Origin: a virus
Taxonomy: Duplodnaviria; Heunggongvirae; Uroviricota; Caudoviricetes
Direction: 5' to 3' (one strand)
DNA length: 64,000 bases
Virus record (IMG/VR): IMGVR_UViG_3300042363_000940
The stretch's first letter is position 1, and each line of letters starts with the position of its first letter. The notes under the pieces were generated by a model, which saw only the letters and a program-made list of their open reading frames with translations, made no database searches and was not told the DNA's origin. The translations under genes and the position numbers were made by a program. Of this stretch, positions 9,888 through 19,698 are shown piece after piece.

Positions 9888-11314
9888 ATTAATCTATTTG
9901 ATATCTTTTTGTTTTCAAGTACTGTGAAAAGTTTAATAACCTCATGATTACTAATCATATTATTAAAATTATGAATTAATACTTCTTCCATTTCTTGGGT
10001 TACCTGATAACATTTATCCATATCCCACGATGCAATTTCCTCCATTACACTGGTAATCATGTCCATTCTTTTCGTATAATTGGTCTCATTGTCATAACTT
10101 TCATCCCACCATTTGTCAAATGTTTTGAACCCCAACTCTTTTAATTTTTTAATTGAGTATGGGTTACCAACAATAATGAATGGTTGACACGTATACATTG
10201 GTTTGTATGTCTTTTCAGAATAAAATATTGAACCTTCATCAATTAGAGATTCTGTAACCACATTTACAAAAGTGGTACTATGCGCTCCTTTACTCAAATT
10301 GGCCGCTTTGTTATTTTCTAAATCATTTTCATCGTACACGTAATGTTTTGATGAATCGTATGTGTTATAAAAATCTAATAGTCTTTTCTTTGAATGAACA
10401 TAATACTCGCCTAAAGTTGCATTTAATATGTTAAAAAATTCATGGTGGAACTTATTTTGTGAAGCACCTAAAGATTTAATTGATTTACCTATTAATTTTT
10501 CATTTGAAGATAATTCAGCAAACATAACCAGTCTATGTGGTTTAGTAACCCTATTAAAAGATAAAAAATGAAATTCTTTTTTAGTGGTTTTATTATTTTG
10601 TAAATACCAATTAAAGTTTTCTCTCATTTTTTCTTTTGTTTCATCCATTAAAATTCTACCACCGTCATGAAACCAAAGACTGTGTTGAAAATATGAGTAT
10701 GGGTGTATAGTAAAATTGTCTCGGATTAACCCGTCATTAAGTAATTTTGAATATCTATTAGTAGTCAAGAAATTAGACGTGATAACGATTACATCATCTT
10801 TATTGAAATCATATTTAGTTGATAAATTTGAAACCCATACATAATCGTTCATATTTTGTCCAAAAAATCCCTCTGTTGCCTGTATAATACACAATCTTGC
10901 TCTTTTATTTTTAATACATTCAACTAATTTATCATCTAAATCTATTGTTGGGTATTTTAAAAATAAGTCATTGTTATATAACACAATTGGGTAAACAAAA
11001 CTTTTATCGGTTTCGTATATTTCATCTAAAGAAAATACTTTAAAATTACCATATGTGTTATCCAGTAAACCTTCAAAATTTTGACTATAAAATTTACACA
11101 AATACATCCTTAACTCATTAGAATCTTCGGACTTTAATCTATATGGAAATTTAATACCAAGTTCCTCCTCAATTTCATGTATTTTATCAAATTTAGCGGT
11201 GTGCCATGGGTGGATATCGTACTTCGCAACATTTGAGTTGGGGTATAGAATTCTATTGTCTTCCGTATAAACCAAAATTTCGGAATATGCGACATTTATC
11301 TCAATATCTTTCAT
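9884..11314 (-). CDS. Hypothetical protein, possibly glycosyltransferase-like (GT-B-like C-terminal half)
   Basis: FLSFNRVTKPHR...FVNVVTES...FYSEKTYKP...QPFIIVG...GFKTF..WWDESYD, and it sits in a glycan operon. Function is not established. Confidence 0.45.
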   Translation of the reverse strand: MKDIEINVAYSEILVYTEDNRILYPNSNVAKYDIHPWHTAKFDKIHEIEEELGIKFPYRLKSEDSNELRMYLCKFYSQNFEGLLDNTYGNFKVFSLDEIYETDKSFVYPIVLYNNDLFLKYPTIDLDDKLVECIKNKRARLCIIQATEGFFGQNMNDYVWVSNLSTKYDFNKDDVIVITSNFLTTNRYSKLLNDGLIRDNFTIHPYSYFQHSLWFHDGGRILMDETKEKMRENFNWYLQNNKTTKKEFHFLSFNRVTKPHRLVMFAELSSNEKLIGKSIKSLGASQNKFHHEFFNILNATLGEYYVHSKKRLLDFYNTYDSSKHYVYDENDLENNKAANLSKGAHSTTFVNVVTESLIDEGSIFYSEKTYKPMYTCQPFIIVGNPYSIKKLKELGFKTFDKWWDESYDNETNYTKRMDMITSVMEEIASWDMDKCYQVTQEMEEVLIHNFNNMISNHEVIKLFTVLENKKISNRLI

Positions 11315-12714
11315 TAAATCACAATTGTTTTACAAAAATTATAAAACTCCTCATATTCGGGGAATGTTTTACAGAAGTTAGTTCCTCTTCTTATATCATG
11401 TTCATTAAAGAACCTATAAAAATCTCTACGATTTATCATTTGACGATAATCATCCTGTGGTGAAATCATCCAATCATAAATTCTCTTAATTTTTGGGATT
11501 TCCATTTGTGTAAAACCGTAACTAACCCCCTCTTTATTTAACCCAACATGAAATACTTCTTCATATGATTCCATTAAATCCCCATGACCCTTTACTAAAC
11601 CACTAAAATTATGTGGTAAAACTTGTACAGTTTGATGTAACGGATACCTCAAGAATGATGAATCTAAAGAAACTGGTGTGGTCCATGCTCTTTGTGTTGA
11701 TGCGTATTCCTTTTTAAGGTCGTAAACACCACTAATCAATTTATCATAACTTAATACTGACAGTGCATTATAGGTGCTCATAATACCAATTGTCACAGTA
11801 GGACATTTAGTAAGTATTTTATTTAAGTTATCCCAAAATTTGTTAAACACTAATCCGTGTCTACCGTATTCGGCGTGTTCACCCCAACCATCAACTGAGG
11901 TGAAAATAACAAAGTCTTTTACTCTTCGTTGGTCCTCGATTATATTGATTTTCTCAATTAGTTTATCAATTAAATTATCTGGTACACCTAAGTTACTATT
12001 AATAGCCAAGTGTAGATTTCTATTTGGTTCTTTTTGTTCGATTATATAATCTAAAACACCCCATGTATCCTTAGATAATAATGGCTCACCACCAGTGATT
12101 CTAAAAGTATCTAAGTCTCGATATAATTCGGGCCACCACTCCCAAAATGCATCAACATATGGGTTTGGTTCCGTTGCCTTAAATGGCATTCTATTTTCTT
12201 TCTTTAAATAATCTAACCCATTAAAGTTAGTAGTTGTTGGGTATGCTCCGTGACGTTCAATTTCTTGAACCCACTGTGATGAAAATGACGGACCGCAGTA
12301 CGAACATTTAAAATTACATGTGTTTGAAAATGCAACCTCAACGTAACGAGGGTTAAAATCTTCTCTCCAATCTGATTTTTTAATATCATCTAAAAGTGGT
12401 AATGACCATGGTTCGGCTGATTTAAATATCCTATCCGAATGTTGGTCTGAATTATCTTCTACATTCCAACAATAAGCACATTCTGTTGGTCTACCGCCCT
12501 CTAACATTTCCTTTCTTTTCTCTTTTTTAAATTTAGTATTGTGTAGAGCAGAGGGGTTCCTTTTCAATTCGGATAAAGGGATAACGTGAGTATCGGGGTG
12601 GTGACATGAGTGTGTTCTACCCAATTGTAAGTGTATGGTTACTTGTGTCCATTTCGCAAGACAGAACCCGCAACCAACCTTATTTAATTCTTCTTTTATG
12701 TTATTTCGGTCCAT
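11314..12714 (-). CDS. Radical SAM protein with N-terminal twitch/SPASM-like Cys cluster
   Basis: CNFKCSYC (CxxxCxxC), ITGGEPLL, SVDG. Extra N-terminal Cys motifs CGFCLAKW, SCHHP and ECAYCW. Confidence 0.85.
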   Translation of the reverse strand: MDRNNIKEELNKVGCGFCLAKWTQVTIHLQLGRTHSCHHPDTHVIPLSELKRNPSALHNTKFKKEKRKEMLEGGRPTECAYCWNVEDNSDQHSDRIFKSAEPWSLPLLDDIKKSDWREDFNPRYVEVAFSNTCNFKCSYCGPSFSSQWVQEIERHGAYPTTTNFNGLDYLKKENRMPFKATEPNPYVDAFWEWWPELYRDLDTFRITGGEPLLSKDTWGVLDYIIEQKEPNRNLHLAINSNLGVPDNLIDKLIEKINIIEDQRRVKDFVIFTSVDGWGEHAEYGRHGLVFNKFWDNLNKILTKCPTVTIGIMSTYNALSVLSYDKLISGVYDLKKEYASTQRAWTTPVSLDSSFLRYPLHQTVQVLPHNFSGLVKGHGDLMESYEEVFHVGLNKEGVSYGFTQMEIPKIKRIYDWMISPQDDYRQMINRRDFYRFFNEHDIRRGTNFCKTFPEYEEFYNFCKTIVI

Positions 12715-14131
12715 TTGTTTTTACGTTTATTATCTTAGTGTTGTTGTAATTATAAGGATTTTCTTCAATATTTTGAATCGTTAAATTGTCCATAATTTGA
12801 TTGAATCCATCATTTTTATAGTCTATTTTTCTTTGTTGCATTTCGGTAACAAATCTTTTTTCATTTCTCGCCGTGGTCTCACCCTTCACCCATCCTCCAT
12901 TAACGAATCCCTCATCTTCATGTTGAAGGCATTGGAATGAACCTTCCCTTCTGTATGGGATAATATTTTCAATAATTTCAATATCCTCATCCTCAAATAA
13001 AATGTTATTTATGTCTCCATCTATTTCCTTTGTAAAGTTACAATCTAAAACTAAACTATCTACATCATCTTCCATTTTAGTGATATCATCAAAAAATCTG
13101 TTATATATCTTTATGTCCGCAATTTTACCTTTATAGTGGGTGTTTGATTGACCGCAGAATCCAATTAGAAACGGTTTAATTGATGTGTGTGACCTTAAAT
13201 CTCCAGATATGGGAAATGGTATGTTTTGTTTAATACCGTCCATCTGAGAGATTAATTCATCGTTTATGTAAAAGTACATATTTTTCTCCTCACTATTGTA
13301 AGAAAGAGTCACTTGTGTCCATAGATTTTCAAATCTCTTGGCCCAATTGTAATTGAATTGATTTGACTTATCGAATAGAGTTGCGGTTACTGCTCTTGAA
13401 TTATTAAATGAAATCCCCCAAGTACCACTACCATCTTTTCTCAATAATGGGTATTCTATAAATTTTCTATTCTTATCCCCAACTAACCAAATTGGTGTCT
13501 TTTCGTCTTGTTGCTCGGCATTAAAAATGATTGTTATTGTATGGTCATTATGTAAACAAGAATTACTTTCCCTGTTAGATAATATTTTAATCGATGAGTT
13601 TTCACCATTAAATTTGGCAACTCGTTTGTTGTTTATTTTTTTGTGTATTTTACCGGTGGTGTAATTTTCAAAATAACATCTCCAAAACAAATCATCATCC
13701 TCTTGACCCCAATCCCAATACTCGTTTGAATATCCATTTGTTCTTTCAACATGTTCTTTGGTAAACAAAACAACCCCTCCGAAATATTGGTCATAACCTA
13801 ATCCATATTGATATTTGGATAGTTTTGTTGCGATATGGATTGGGTTGTCTTTCGGATATGAATAATCGGGTAACGTATCCATATGTTTGGTATATGCTAA
13901 CATATCAACATCGTGCCATGCAATATAATCACAACCATCGTCAAATGCGAATTTGGCCGCAATGTTTTTCATCATACCCCTATTGAATAGATTATCATCC
14001 ACCTGATGACCAACGTAAAATTTATGTTCAATACCTCTTTCATTTAGGTAGTTACTTAAATGTGGTACCAACCTATCGAGGTGTTCTTGTCTGTTTCTAT
14101 ATGGGATACAAATCCCTAATTTATGTGTCAT
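12701..14131 (-). CDS. GT7 (beta-1,4-galactosyltransferase-like) glycosyltransferase with inserted LamG domain
   Basis: IPYRNRQEHL, FNRG, WHDVD, YFGGV, NGYSNEYWDWGQEDDD; then LamG (AKFNGENS...WTQVTL...FYINDEL...YKGKIADIKIYN); then GT7 resumes (FQCLQH...RNEKRF...DG). Confidence 0.85.
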   Translation of the reverse strand: MTHKLGICIPYRNRQEHLDRLVPHLSNYLNERGIEHKFYVGHQVDDNLFNRGMMKNIAAKFAFDDGCDYIAWHDVDMLAYTKHMDTLPDYSYPKDNPIHIATKLSKYQYGLGYDQYFGGVVLFTKEHVERTNGYSNEYWDWGQEDDDLFWRCYFENYTTGKIHKKINNKRVAKFNGENSSIKILSNRESNSCLHNDHTITIIFNAEQQDEKTPIWLVGDKNRKFIEYPLLRKDGSGTWGISFNNSRAVTATLFDKSNQFNYNWAKRFENLWTQVTLSYNSEEKNMYFYINDELISQMDGIKQNIPFPISGDLRSHTSIKPFLIGFCGQSNTHYKGKIADIKIYNRFFDDITKMEDDVDSLVLDCNFTKEIDGDINNILFEDEDIEIIENIIPYRREGSFQCLQHEDEGFVNGGWVKGETTARNEKRFVTEMQQRKIDYKNDGFNQIMDNLTIQNIEENPYNYNNTKIINVKTNGPK

Positions 14132-15540
14132 ATTCCTACTACAATATTTGTTTGATTCTCAACATTCGCAACACTATGTTGAATGTACTTACAAGTGGAT
14201 AAACCATCTTCCTTTATGTTTCGATAACCTTTCATTACTTCATTGTAAAATCTTAATTGGTTAAACCTCGTCATGTCACTTCTCCAACCATCTTTAACAA
14301 AACCATTTTCTTCGTGGGTTAATAATTTGAATGTTGATTGTCTTCTAAATGGTACATCAATTGTTTTGAATTCATCATAGGTGTTACCAACAATCTCACA
14401 ATTAATGATTTCCCCATCGTTTCCATTACCAGATAAATCCATAAGTTTATAACCTTTAATGAATTTTGAATCATAATAAAGTTTCAATGCATAATCAGAT
14501 GTATATCTTCCAAAACTTTGAGTTAAACCAAAATAATGATTGTCAGATATTTCCCTTATCTCAGCATATGATAATTCTTTATCGAAGACCGCAAATGAAC
14601 TAATTAATCCTCTATAATAATTGTTTTCTCGGGTTCTATTTGGATTACCAACACCTAAATAAAAATGTGGTTCCTTTGTGTACTCGTATAATTTGGTGAA
14701 CTTGTCTTGTGAAACCAAATCCCCATCCTGATAAAATTTAATTATCTTATCTGTTGGGTTAATGGTTACCGCAATATTGGTTCTATAATTTGTTTTTATA
14801 TTTGAATATTGATATATGATATTTCTACCTCCATCAAAAATTTCCACTGTGTATCTTGAGTATGAGTTATATGTAATTGTGAAATCATAACCGGGTATGG
14901 TAAATAATGAATACTTATCACTTTTCTCCTCGAAGTCACAAACTAGTTCATCGGGGTAGAATGAAATGAATATTGTCATCTCCTCTCTTTGTTTGAAGAA
15001 GTTGTTACCCTTAACATATGCATCAACACCATTAAATTTTAAAGATGCAACATTCCCACCCTTCATTTCAATTTTCTTTGTGTCGAGTGGAACTCCATTT
15101 ACTTTACATCTAAAAAGTAAATCATCATCTTCGTAACCCCATCCCCAATAATCATTTGAATACCCATTTATATGTTCGAATGAATCAATAGGAAACATTG
15201 TTACCCCACCGAAGTAACCATCAAAGATTACCCTATTTGTTTCACCAATAAAGTTTGTTGCCATTTGAATTGGTATGTCAGAATACGAATAATCAACATC
15301 AACTGGTAACATGTCTACATCGTGGAAAACAACATAATCACATTTAATTTTCTTGGCATACAAAAATCCCACATTCAATAATTTACCTCTATTGAATGCA
15401 GAAGAATCGTCCTGTTCAACTACAATTAACTCAAAATCAATTCCTTTATTTTTTAAGTAAGGTATAATTGATTGTTTAAACATTTGTAGATGTTCATAAC
15501 GGTCTCTATATGGGACTATGACACCAAGTTTCTTATCCAT
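14128..15540 (-). CDS. GT7 glycosyltransferase with inserted LamG domain (paralogue)
   Basis: VPYRDRYEHL, FNRGKLLN, FHDVD, YFGGV, NGYSNDYWGWGYEDDD; LamG (LKFNGVD...YYRGLISSFAVFDKELS); C-terminal FKLLTH...NQLRF...DG. Confidence 0.85.
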   Translation of the reverse strand: MDKKLGVIVPYRDRYEHLQMFKQSIIPYLKNKGIDFELIVVEQDDSSAFNRGKLLNVGFLYAKKIKCDYVVFHDVDMLPVDVDYSYSDIPIQMATNFIGETNRVIFDGYFGGVTMFPIDSFEHINGYSNDYWGWGYEDDDLLFRCKVNGVPLDTKKIEMKGGNVASLKFNGVDAYVKGNNFFKQREEMTIFISFYPDELVCDFEEKSDKYSLFTIPGYDFTITYNSYSRYTVEIFDGGRNIIYQYSNIKTNYRTNIAVTINPTDKIIKFYQDGDLVSQDKFTKLYEYTKEPHFYLGVGNPNRTRENNYYRGLISSFAVFDKELSYAEIREISDNHYFGLTQSFGRYTSDYALKLYYDSKFIKGYKLMDLSGNGNDGEIINCEIVGNTYDEFKTIDVPFRRQSTFKLLTHEENGFVKDGWRSDMTRFNQLRFYNEVMKGYRNIKEDGLSTCKYIQHSVANVENQTNIVVGI

Positions 15541-15751
15541 TTATGGTTGGGTCTTTCGGTTTTGTGGTATCGTGCCACTCAGAAAGATAAAATTGAATTC
15601 TATCACTCCATTCTTTTTTATCAACCTCTTCAAACCAAACGGTTAGTGCATCTAAAGAGTTGGCAATTTTTTCCATTGCCTTAACTTTTCTTTGCTCAAG
15701 AAGTAGGAACTCATTTTGTTCTTCTGTCGTGTTTCCTTTTTTTACGGTCAT
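15533..15751 (-). CDS. Hypothetical protein (72 aa)
   Basis: Overlaps both neighbours in the operon; helical, charged composition. Confidence 0.6.
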   Translation of the reverse strand: MTVKKGNTTEEQNEFLLLEQRKVKAMEKIANSLDALTVWFEEVDKKEWSDRIQFYLSEWHDTTKPKDPTING

Positions 15752-16605
15752 ATTGATATGATTTTTTTAATTAATTTATTCCATTGTTTATACTGTTTGA
15801 ATTCGGGTTTTGATGTATTTTTTTCAAACATGTATTCAGGTTCATTTAAATCTATTTTAAATTTTGATTTTCTCAATGATTCGTACATTTTTTTATACTC
15901 GGATGAATATGCGTATGGTTGATTGATTAACGCAACATTTTTAACCCTCCCAATTGAATCTTTATCCCATTTAAAATGGTGAACCTGTATTGAATATGTA
16001 TCAATTGGTGCAATCAGTGGGTGACTCCAACCTTGCCATCTCCATGTGGTGTGACCATCTATTTTTGCATAGTGTTGACCATTTGTGATTTCAACATATC
16101 CTTTAACAACACAAATCTTATTGGGGCAGGCATCACTCATTGGATGTCTAAAGAAACCAGCATTTGGGTATTGTTTCCAAATAGATTCATTTGGTTGTAA
16201 TTCTGAAAACTCCCCATCGGGTCCAATTCTATCAATAAATCCACCGCGTACAATATCCCAATTGTTTTTTTCACAATCAGATATTAATTGTTTTAAATTG
16301 TCTTTGGGGTATAGATGGAATTCATCGATATCGGCGATTACCCACCAATCATCAGGATAATCCTTTTTAATGTAGTTGTATGATTGAGTTACTTTTTCCC
16401 AATCAAAAACTCTTTCGTTGATTGTCTTAACAATCTTTACATTGGTAAACTCGATAAGAATCTGACTAATTTCATCACCCAATTCTCGGTGTAAATCAGA
16501 TTCGTATACAACGATGTTAATTTCGTCAACATATTTTTCATAATGTTTTATAAAGTGGGGTAGTAACTTAGTTCCATGTCCAATTACAGTTAATAACCTT
16601 ATCAT
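15748..16605 (-). CDS. Glycosyltransferase family 2-like protein
   Basis: LLPHFIKHY, WWVIADIDEF (DxD motif), GGFIDR, HHFKW. Confidence 0.75.
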   Translation of the reverse strand: MIRLLTVIGHGTKLLPHFIKHYEKYVDEINIVVYESDLHRELGDEISQILIEFTNVKIVKTINERVFDWEKVTQSYNYIKKDYPDDWWVIADIDEFHLYPKDNLKQLISDCEKNNWDIVRGGFIDRIGPDGEFSELQPNESIWKQYPNAGFFRHPMSDACPNKICVVKGYVEITNGQHYAKIDGHTTWRWQGWSHPLIAPIDTYSIQVHHFKWDKDSIGRVKNVALINQPYAYSSEYKKMYESLRKSKFKIDLNEPEYMFEKNTSKPEFKQYKQWNKLIKKIISI

Positions 16606-17330
16606 TTTTTTCTATTTATAATCGTTATCCCCGTCGAAGACGGTTTTGAAGGAATAATACGAAAATTAAATAGATTAATCAAGTTCCACTCGGGATTTTC
16701 TTGTAGTTCTTTAATAAATTTGGACGGACCGTCAAACTTATGGTAATCTTTTTTTGCATCTTCAGACACAATTAGATTCTTTTCATAGTTTTCATCGGTA
16801 TCGTGAATAACAATCACCCCGTTTTCAGATAATAAGGTGGAGTAAAGGTCAAAATCTAATTTTACACCCTCATAGGTGTGGTCTCCATCAATAAATAGGA
16901 AATCAATCTTAATATCTTGGAGAGTAAAAAAGTTATAAAAGGCGTTTTCTGAGGTATTTTTAATAAATCGTGGGTAAAACGTTTTTCTATAGAAAGAATC
17001 TTCATTTTCAAGGTCAGTTTCTCCACCAACACCGTTACATGCGTCCACAACATAAGTTGCACCAATGTCACCCCAATTATAATCGGGATTCCCCTCAAAA
17101 ATACCTTGTTTGTGAAGGTCAATACGTGACTGTGTGATGATACGTGGAATGAATCCACCACCTGAACCGATACACACACAATTCTTTGCTCTCATGTGTT
17201 GTATTAGACTATAAACAACAATCCCATCACCCATATGGAAATCGGTTGCACCGTGTGTCCAACGATAGGGAACGGGATTATCCTCGTTATTAGTAATAAA
17301 GTTCTTTATGTAGTCACTATTGGTAATCAC
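16602..17330 (-). CDS. Class I SAM-dependent methyltransferase (Methyltransf_24-like)
   Basis: CIGSGGG, IDFLFIDGDHTYEGVKLDF, GVIVIHDT. Confidence 0.85.
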   Translation of the reverse strand: MITNSDYIKNFITNNEDNPVPYRWTHGATDFHMGDGIVVYSLIQHMRAKNCVCIGSGGGFIPRIITQSRIDLHKQGIFEGNPDYNWGDIGATYVVDACNGVGGETDLENEDSFYRKTFYPRFIKNTSENAFYNFFTLQDIKIDFLFIDGDHTYEGVKLDFDLYSTLLSENGVIVIHDTDENYEKNLIVSEDAKKDYHKFDGPSKFIKELQENPEWNLINLFNFRIIPSKPSSTGITIINRKK

Positions 17331-17349
17331 AATAGAAATTTACATAAAA

Positions 17350-17712
17350 TTATTCAGGTTGTGAAGGGGTTGGAAACATTTCAGGGTCCATGGGTACTGT
17401 CCACTCTTCTGTTGCCAAAAGCGCCAAAATATCTTCATGGTTGTACTCAGGATAAGTACCATTATAAATTGCCGGTCTACCATATGTTCCAGCAAGAATT
17501 GTTGATGTCCCCTCTTCCATAGTTTCGGGGTTAATGAAGGTACTTGTTGTATCTTCTTCAACAATATTAACTTCATATTTAATGAATGTTTTAGTTCCAT
17601 CAACTGAATAACGTAATGTTTCAGTTGAATTCTCATGTACTTGATTGAAGTCTACGTTTTCGACTTCTGAGGTTGGGATTACCAACCAACGTCTATTAGG
17701 AAAATTGCTCAT
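17350..17712 (-). CDS. Conserved-looking phage hypothetical protein (120 aa)
   Basis: Clean ORF with TATTTAT upstream (17726-17732 on minus); lies at the end of the LamG array. Confidence 0.7.
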   Translation of the reverse strand: MSNFPNRRWLVIPTSEVENVDFNQVHENSTETLRYSVDGTKTFIKYEVNIVEEDTTSTFINPETMEEGTSTILAGTYGRPAIYNGTYPEYNHEDILALLATEEWTVPMDPEMFPTPSQPE

Positions 17713-17742
17713 ATTCTTTTTATTTATAAATATTCTTAATTA

Positions 17743-19695
17743 TTAAAAGACAACCCACAAACTCCAGTTATCTGCTCCACCGATAATTGATGGTTCTGTC
17801 CAACCGGCGTATCCACATACACCCGTTTTAAGTGGGTTACCACCATTGACACCTATACCGAACGCAGAACCTGCGGCACCATATGACAACGCACCTGTAT
17901 TTCCGGTACTCTCATCCAATATACTACCAACTCGTATTCTTCCTCCTGAACTACCTCCACCACCACCATAGTGTCCCTCATGTTTTAAATCCATACCCAT
18001 TAGGTATATTTCAGTACCAAGAGCACTGGTGTATCGTCTATCTGCACCAACTAAACTTCTATAGTCAATACTGTTACCGAAATGTGGTGAACTTCTATTT
18101 GCTGAACTATTCCAACTTCTTGTTTGTGCTGCGTACATACTACTCACTTCACTTGCCAATGAGAATGTTGATTGGTAATTAAGTTCACCCATGGTCCAAT
18201 AGAATTCCGTAAATGGAACGACGTTGTAACTTTGATATTTACTACTAACTCCGTTTGTTAGGGTAAAATCATTTTGGTTATCTAATGTTGTGTTTTCCCA
18301 ATATGAACTATCGGGTACATAACCACTTTCATTTCCACCTTTCATTACGCAAACCATTGCCTTATTTAAATAAAATTTAACAGGTGCTTGAAACGCCGAT
18401 TGTCCACTTGGTTGTAACCAATAGTTACCATCTTTTGAAATACCTAAATTTTTTAAATAAGTGGCACTTGGAGCCGCTAACGCTTGGGTGCTACCATCCT
18501 TAACTGATGGTAATGAAAATCTACCTTTATATTGTTGATAGTTATTTAAAATTTCATTTTCGGTTAATGCCCTGTTATAAACTTTTGTAACGTCTACTTG
18601 ACCATTTAATTTATAAGTACCGTAACCACTATGATTACTTTGTCCAATCCAAGTTCCGTATATTGGATATGCTCCCATTTTTGTGTCAACATAAACACCG
18701 GCAGATTGTCCATTAATATATAATCTCACTCTACCATCTGTTGCACTTATTGTTTCGTAAATCCCAACAACATGATTATAATTGGTTTTTGGTTGGCACG
18801 CAACTGTTGCGTTTCCACTAACCGTGTATTGATATCCTACAGTGTCGGGTGGCCCACTTCTTGTTGATAAACTAACAATATCGGATGAATATGAGTACCA
18901 CAAATTAAAACGATAATTTTCAAATAACGGTCCGTCATTACCTGATGCTCCACTAGCAATTTTAAAAACTTGTTCAACGGTTACCGCAGAAACGCTCGAT
19001 GGGAAATAATCACTAACATTACCTAAATCAATTCTATCATCTGTTCCATCTAAAACGGGTTTACCATTTGCATCAAAAGAAGATGCCGATAAATCAATAG
19101 TTGTTAAACCCACAATATCTAATAACCCTTGTGTTACACTTCTTGAACCGTCAACAAATGGTGTGGCAAACGAACCAGCCTCAATTTGTGGCATTGTTAC
19201 TTCCCATGACGAAAAATCATCACAATAAGTTCCACCGAATGATATTAAATAAAAGGTACCGTTAGTTCCCGTGCAATTTTGTGTGTTGGACACTCTAATC
19301 CACTCACCGGGAGACGATTTACTATGGTACGCTGCGGTGTCACCGATTCCAAAACCACTTGTATAGACTGTACCACCATTATTATTTGCCGAACCTCCAA
19401 TATACCTAATATATGCGGAAAATGTGTATGTTCCGGTTGATGGTAATGATATACCACCCATAACGACACCATTCCAAGAGCCAAGATTTGACATTCGATA
19501 TCCTGTTGTTCCAAACTCTGTTGTAAACGTAACAGGTGTACCACAAGAATAGTTACCAAAATTCGCCATAGTTGACGCATTGGTAACATAATTTGTTGTT
19601 GGTTTACCCTTAAATGAATTTTTAGTTTCACCAACATCATACCCAAAGGTTAATCCTGATGTTGAAATTTTTCCATATCCCGAATTTACTGACAT
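17743..19695 (-). CDS. LamG-domain virion/receptor-binding protein with C-terminal fibrinogen-like extension
   Basis: GKPTTN...GSRSVTQGLLD...LDGTDD...LamG...ALTENEILNNY, then DGNYWLQP extension. Confidence 0.75.
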   Translation of the reverse strand: MSVNSGYGKISTSGLTFGYDVGETKNSFKGKPTTNYVTNASTMANFGNYSCGTPVTFTTEFGTTGYRMSNLGSWNGVVMGGISLPSTGTYTFSAYIRYIGGSANNNGGTVYTSGFGIGDTAAYHSKSSPGEWIRVSNTQNCTGTNGTFYLISFGGTYCDDFSSWEVTMPQIEAGSFATPFVDGSRSVTQGLLDIVGLTTIDLSASSFDANGKPVLDGTDDRIDLGNVSDYFPSSVSAVTVEQVFKIASGASGNDGPLFENYRFNLWYSYSSDIVSLSTRSGPPDTVGYQYTVSGNATVACQPKTNYNHVVGIYETISATDGRVRLYINGQSAGVYVDTKMGAYPIYGTWIGQSNHSGYGTYKLNGQVDVTKVYNRALTENEILNNYQQYKGRFSLPSVKDGSTQALAAPSATYLKNLGISKDGNYWLQPSGQSAFQAPVKFYLNKAMVCVMKGGNESGYVPDSSYWENTTLDNQNDFTLTNGVSSKYQSYNVVPFTEFYWTMGELNYQSTFSLASEVSSMYAAQTRSWNSSANRSSPHFGNSIDYRSLVGADRRYTSALGTEIYLMGMDLKHEGHYGGGGGSSGGRIRVGSILDESTGNTGALSYGAAGSAFGIGVNGGNPLKTGVCGYAGWTEPSIIGGADNWSLWVVF

Positions 19696-19698
19696 ATC

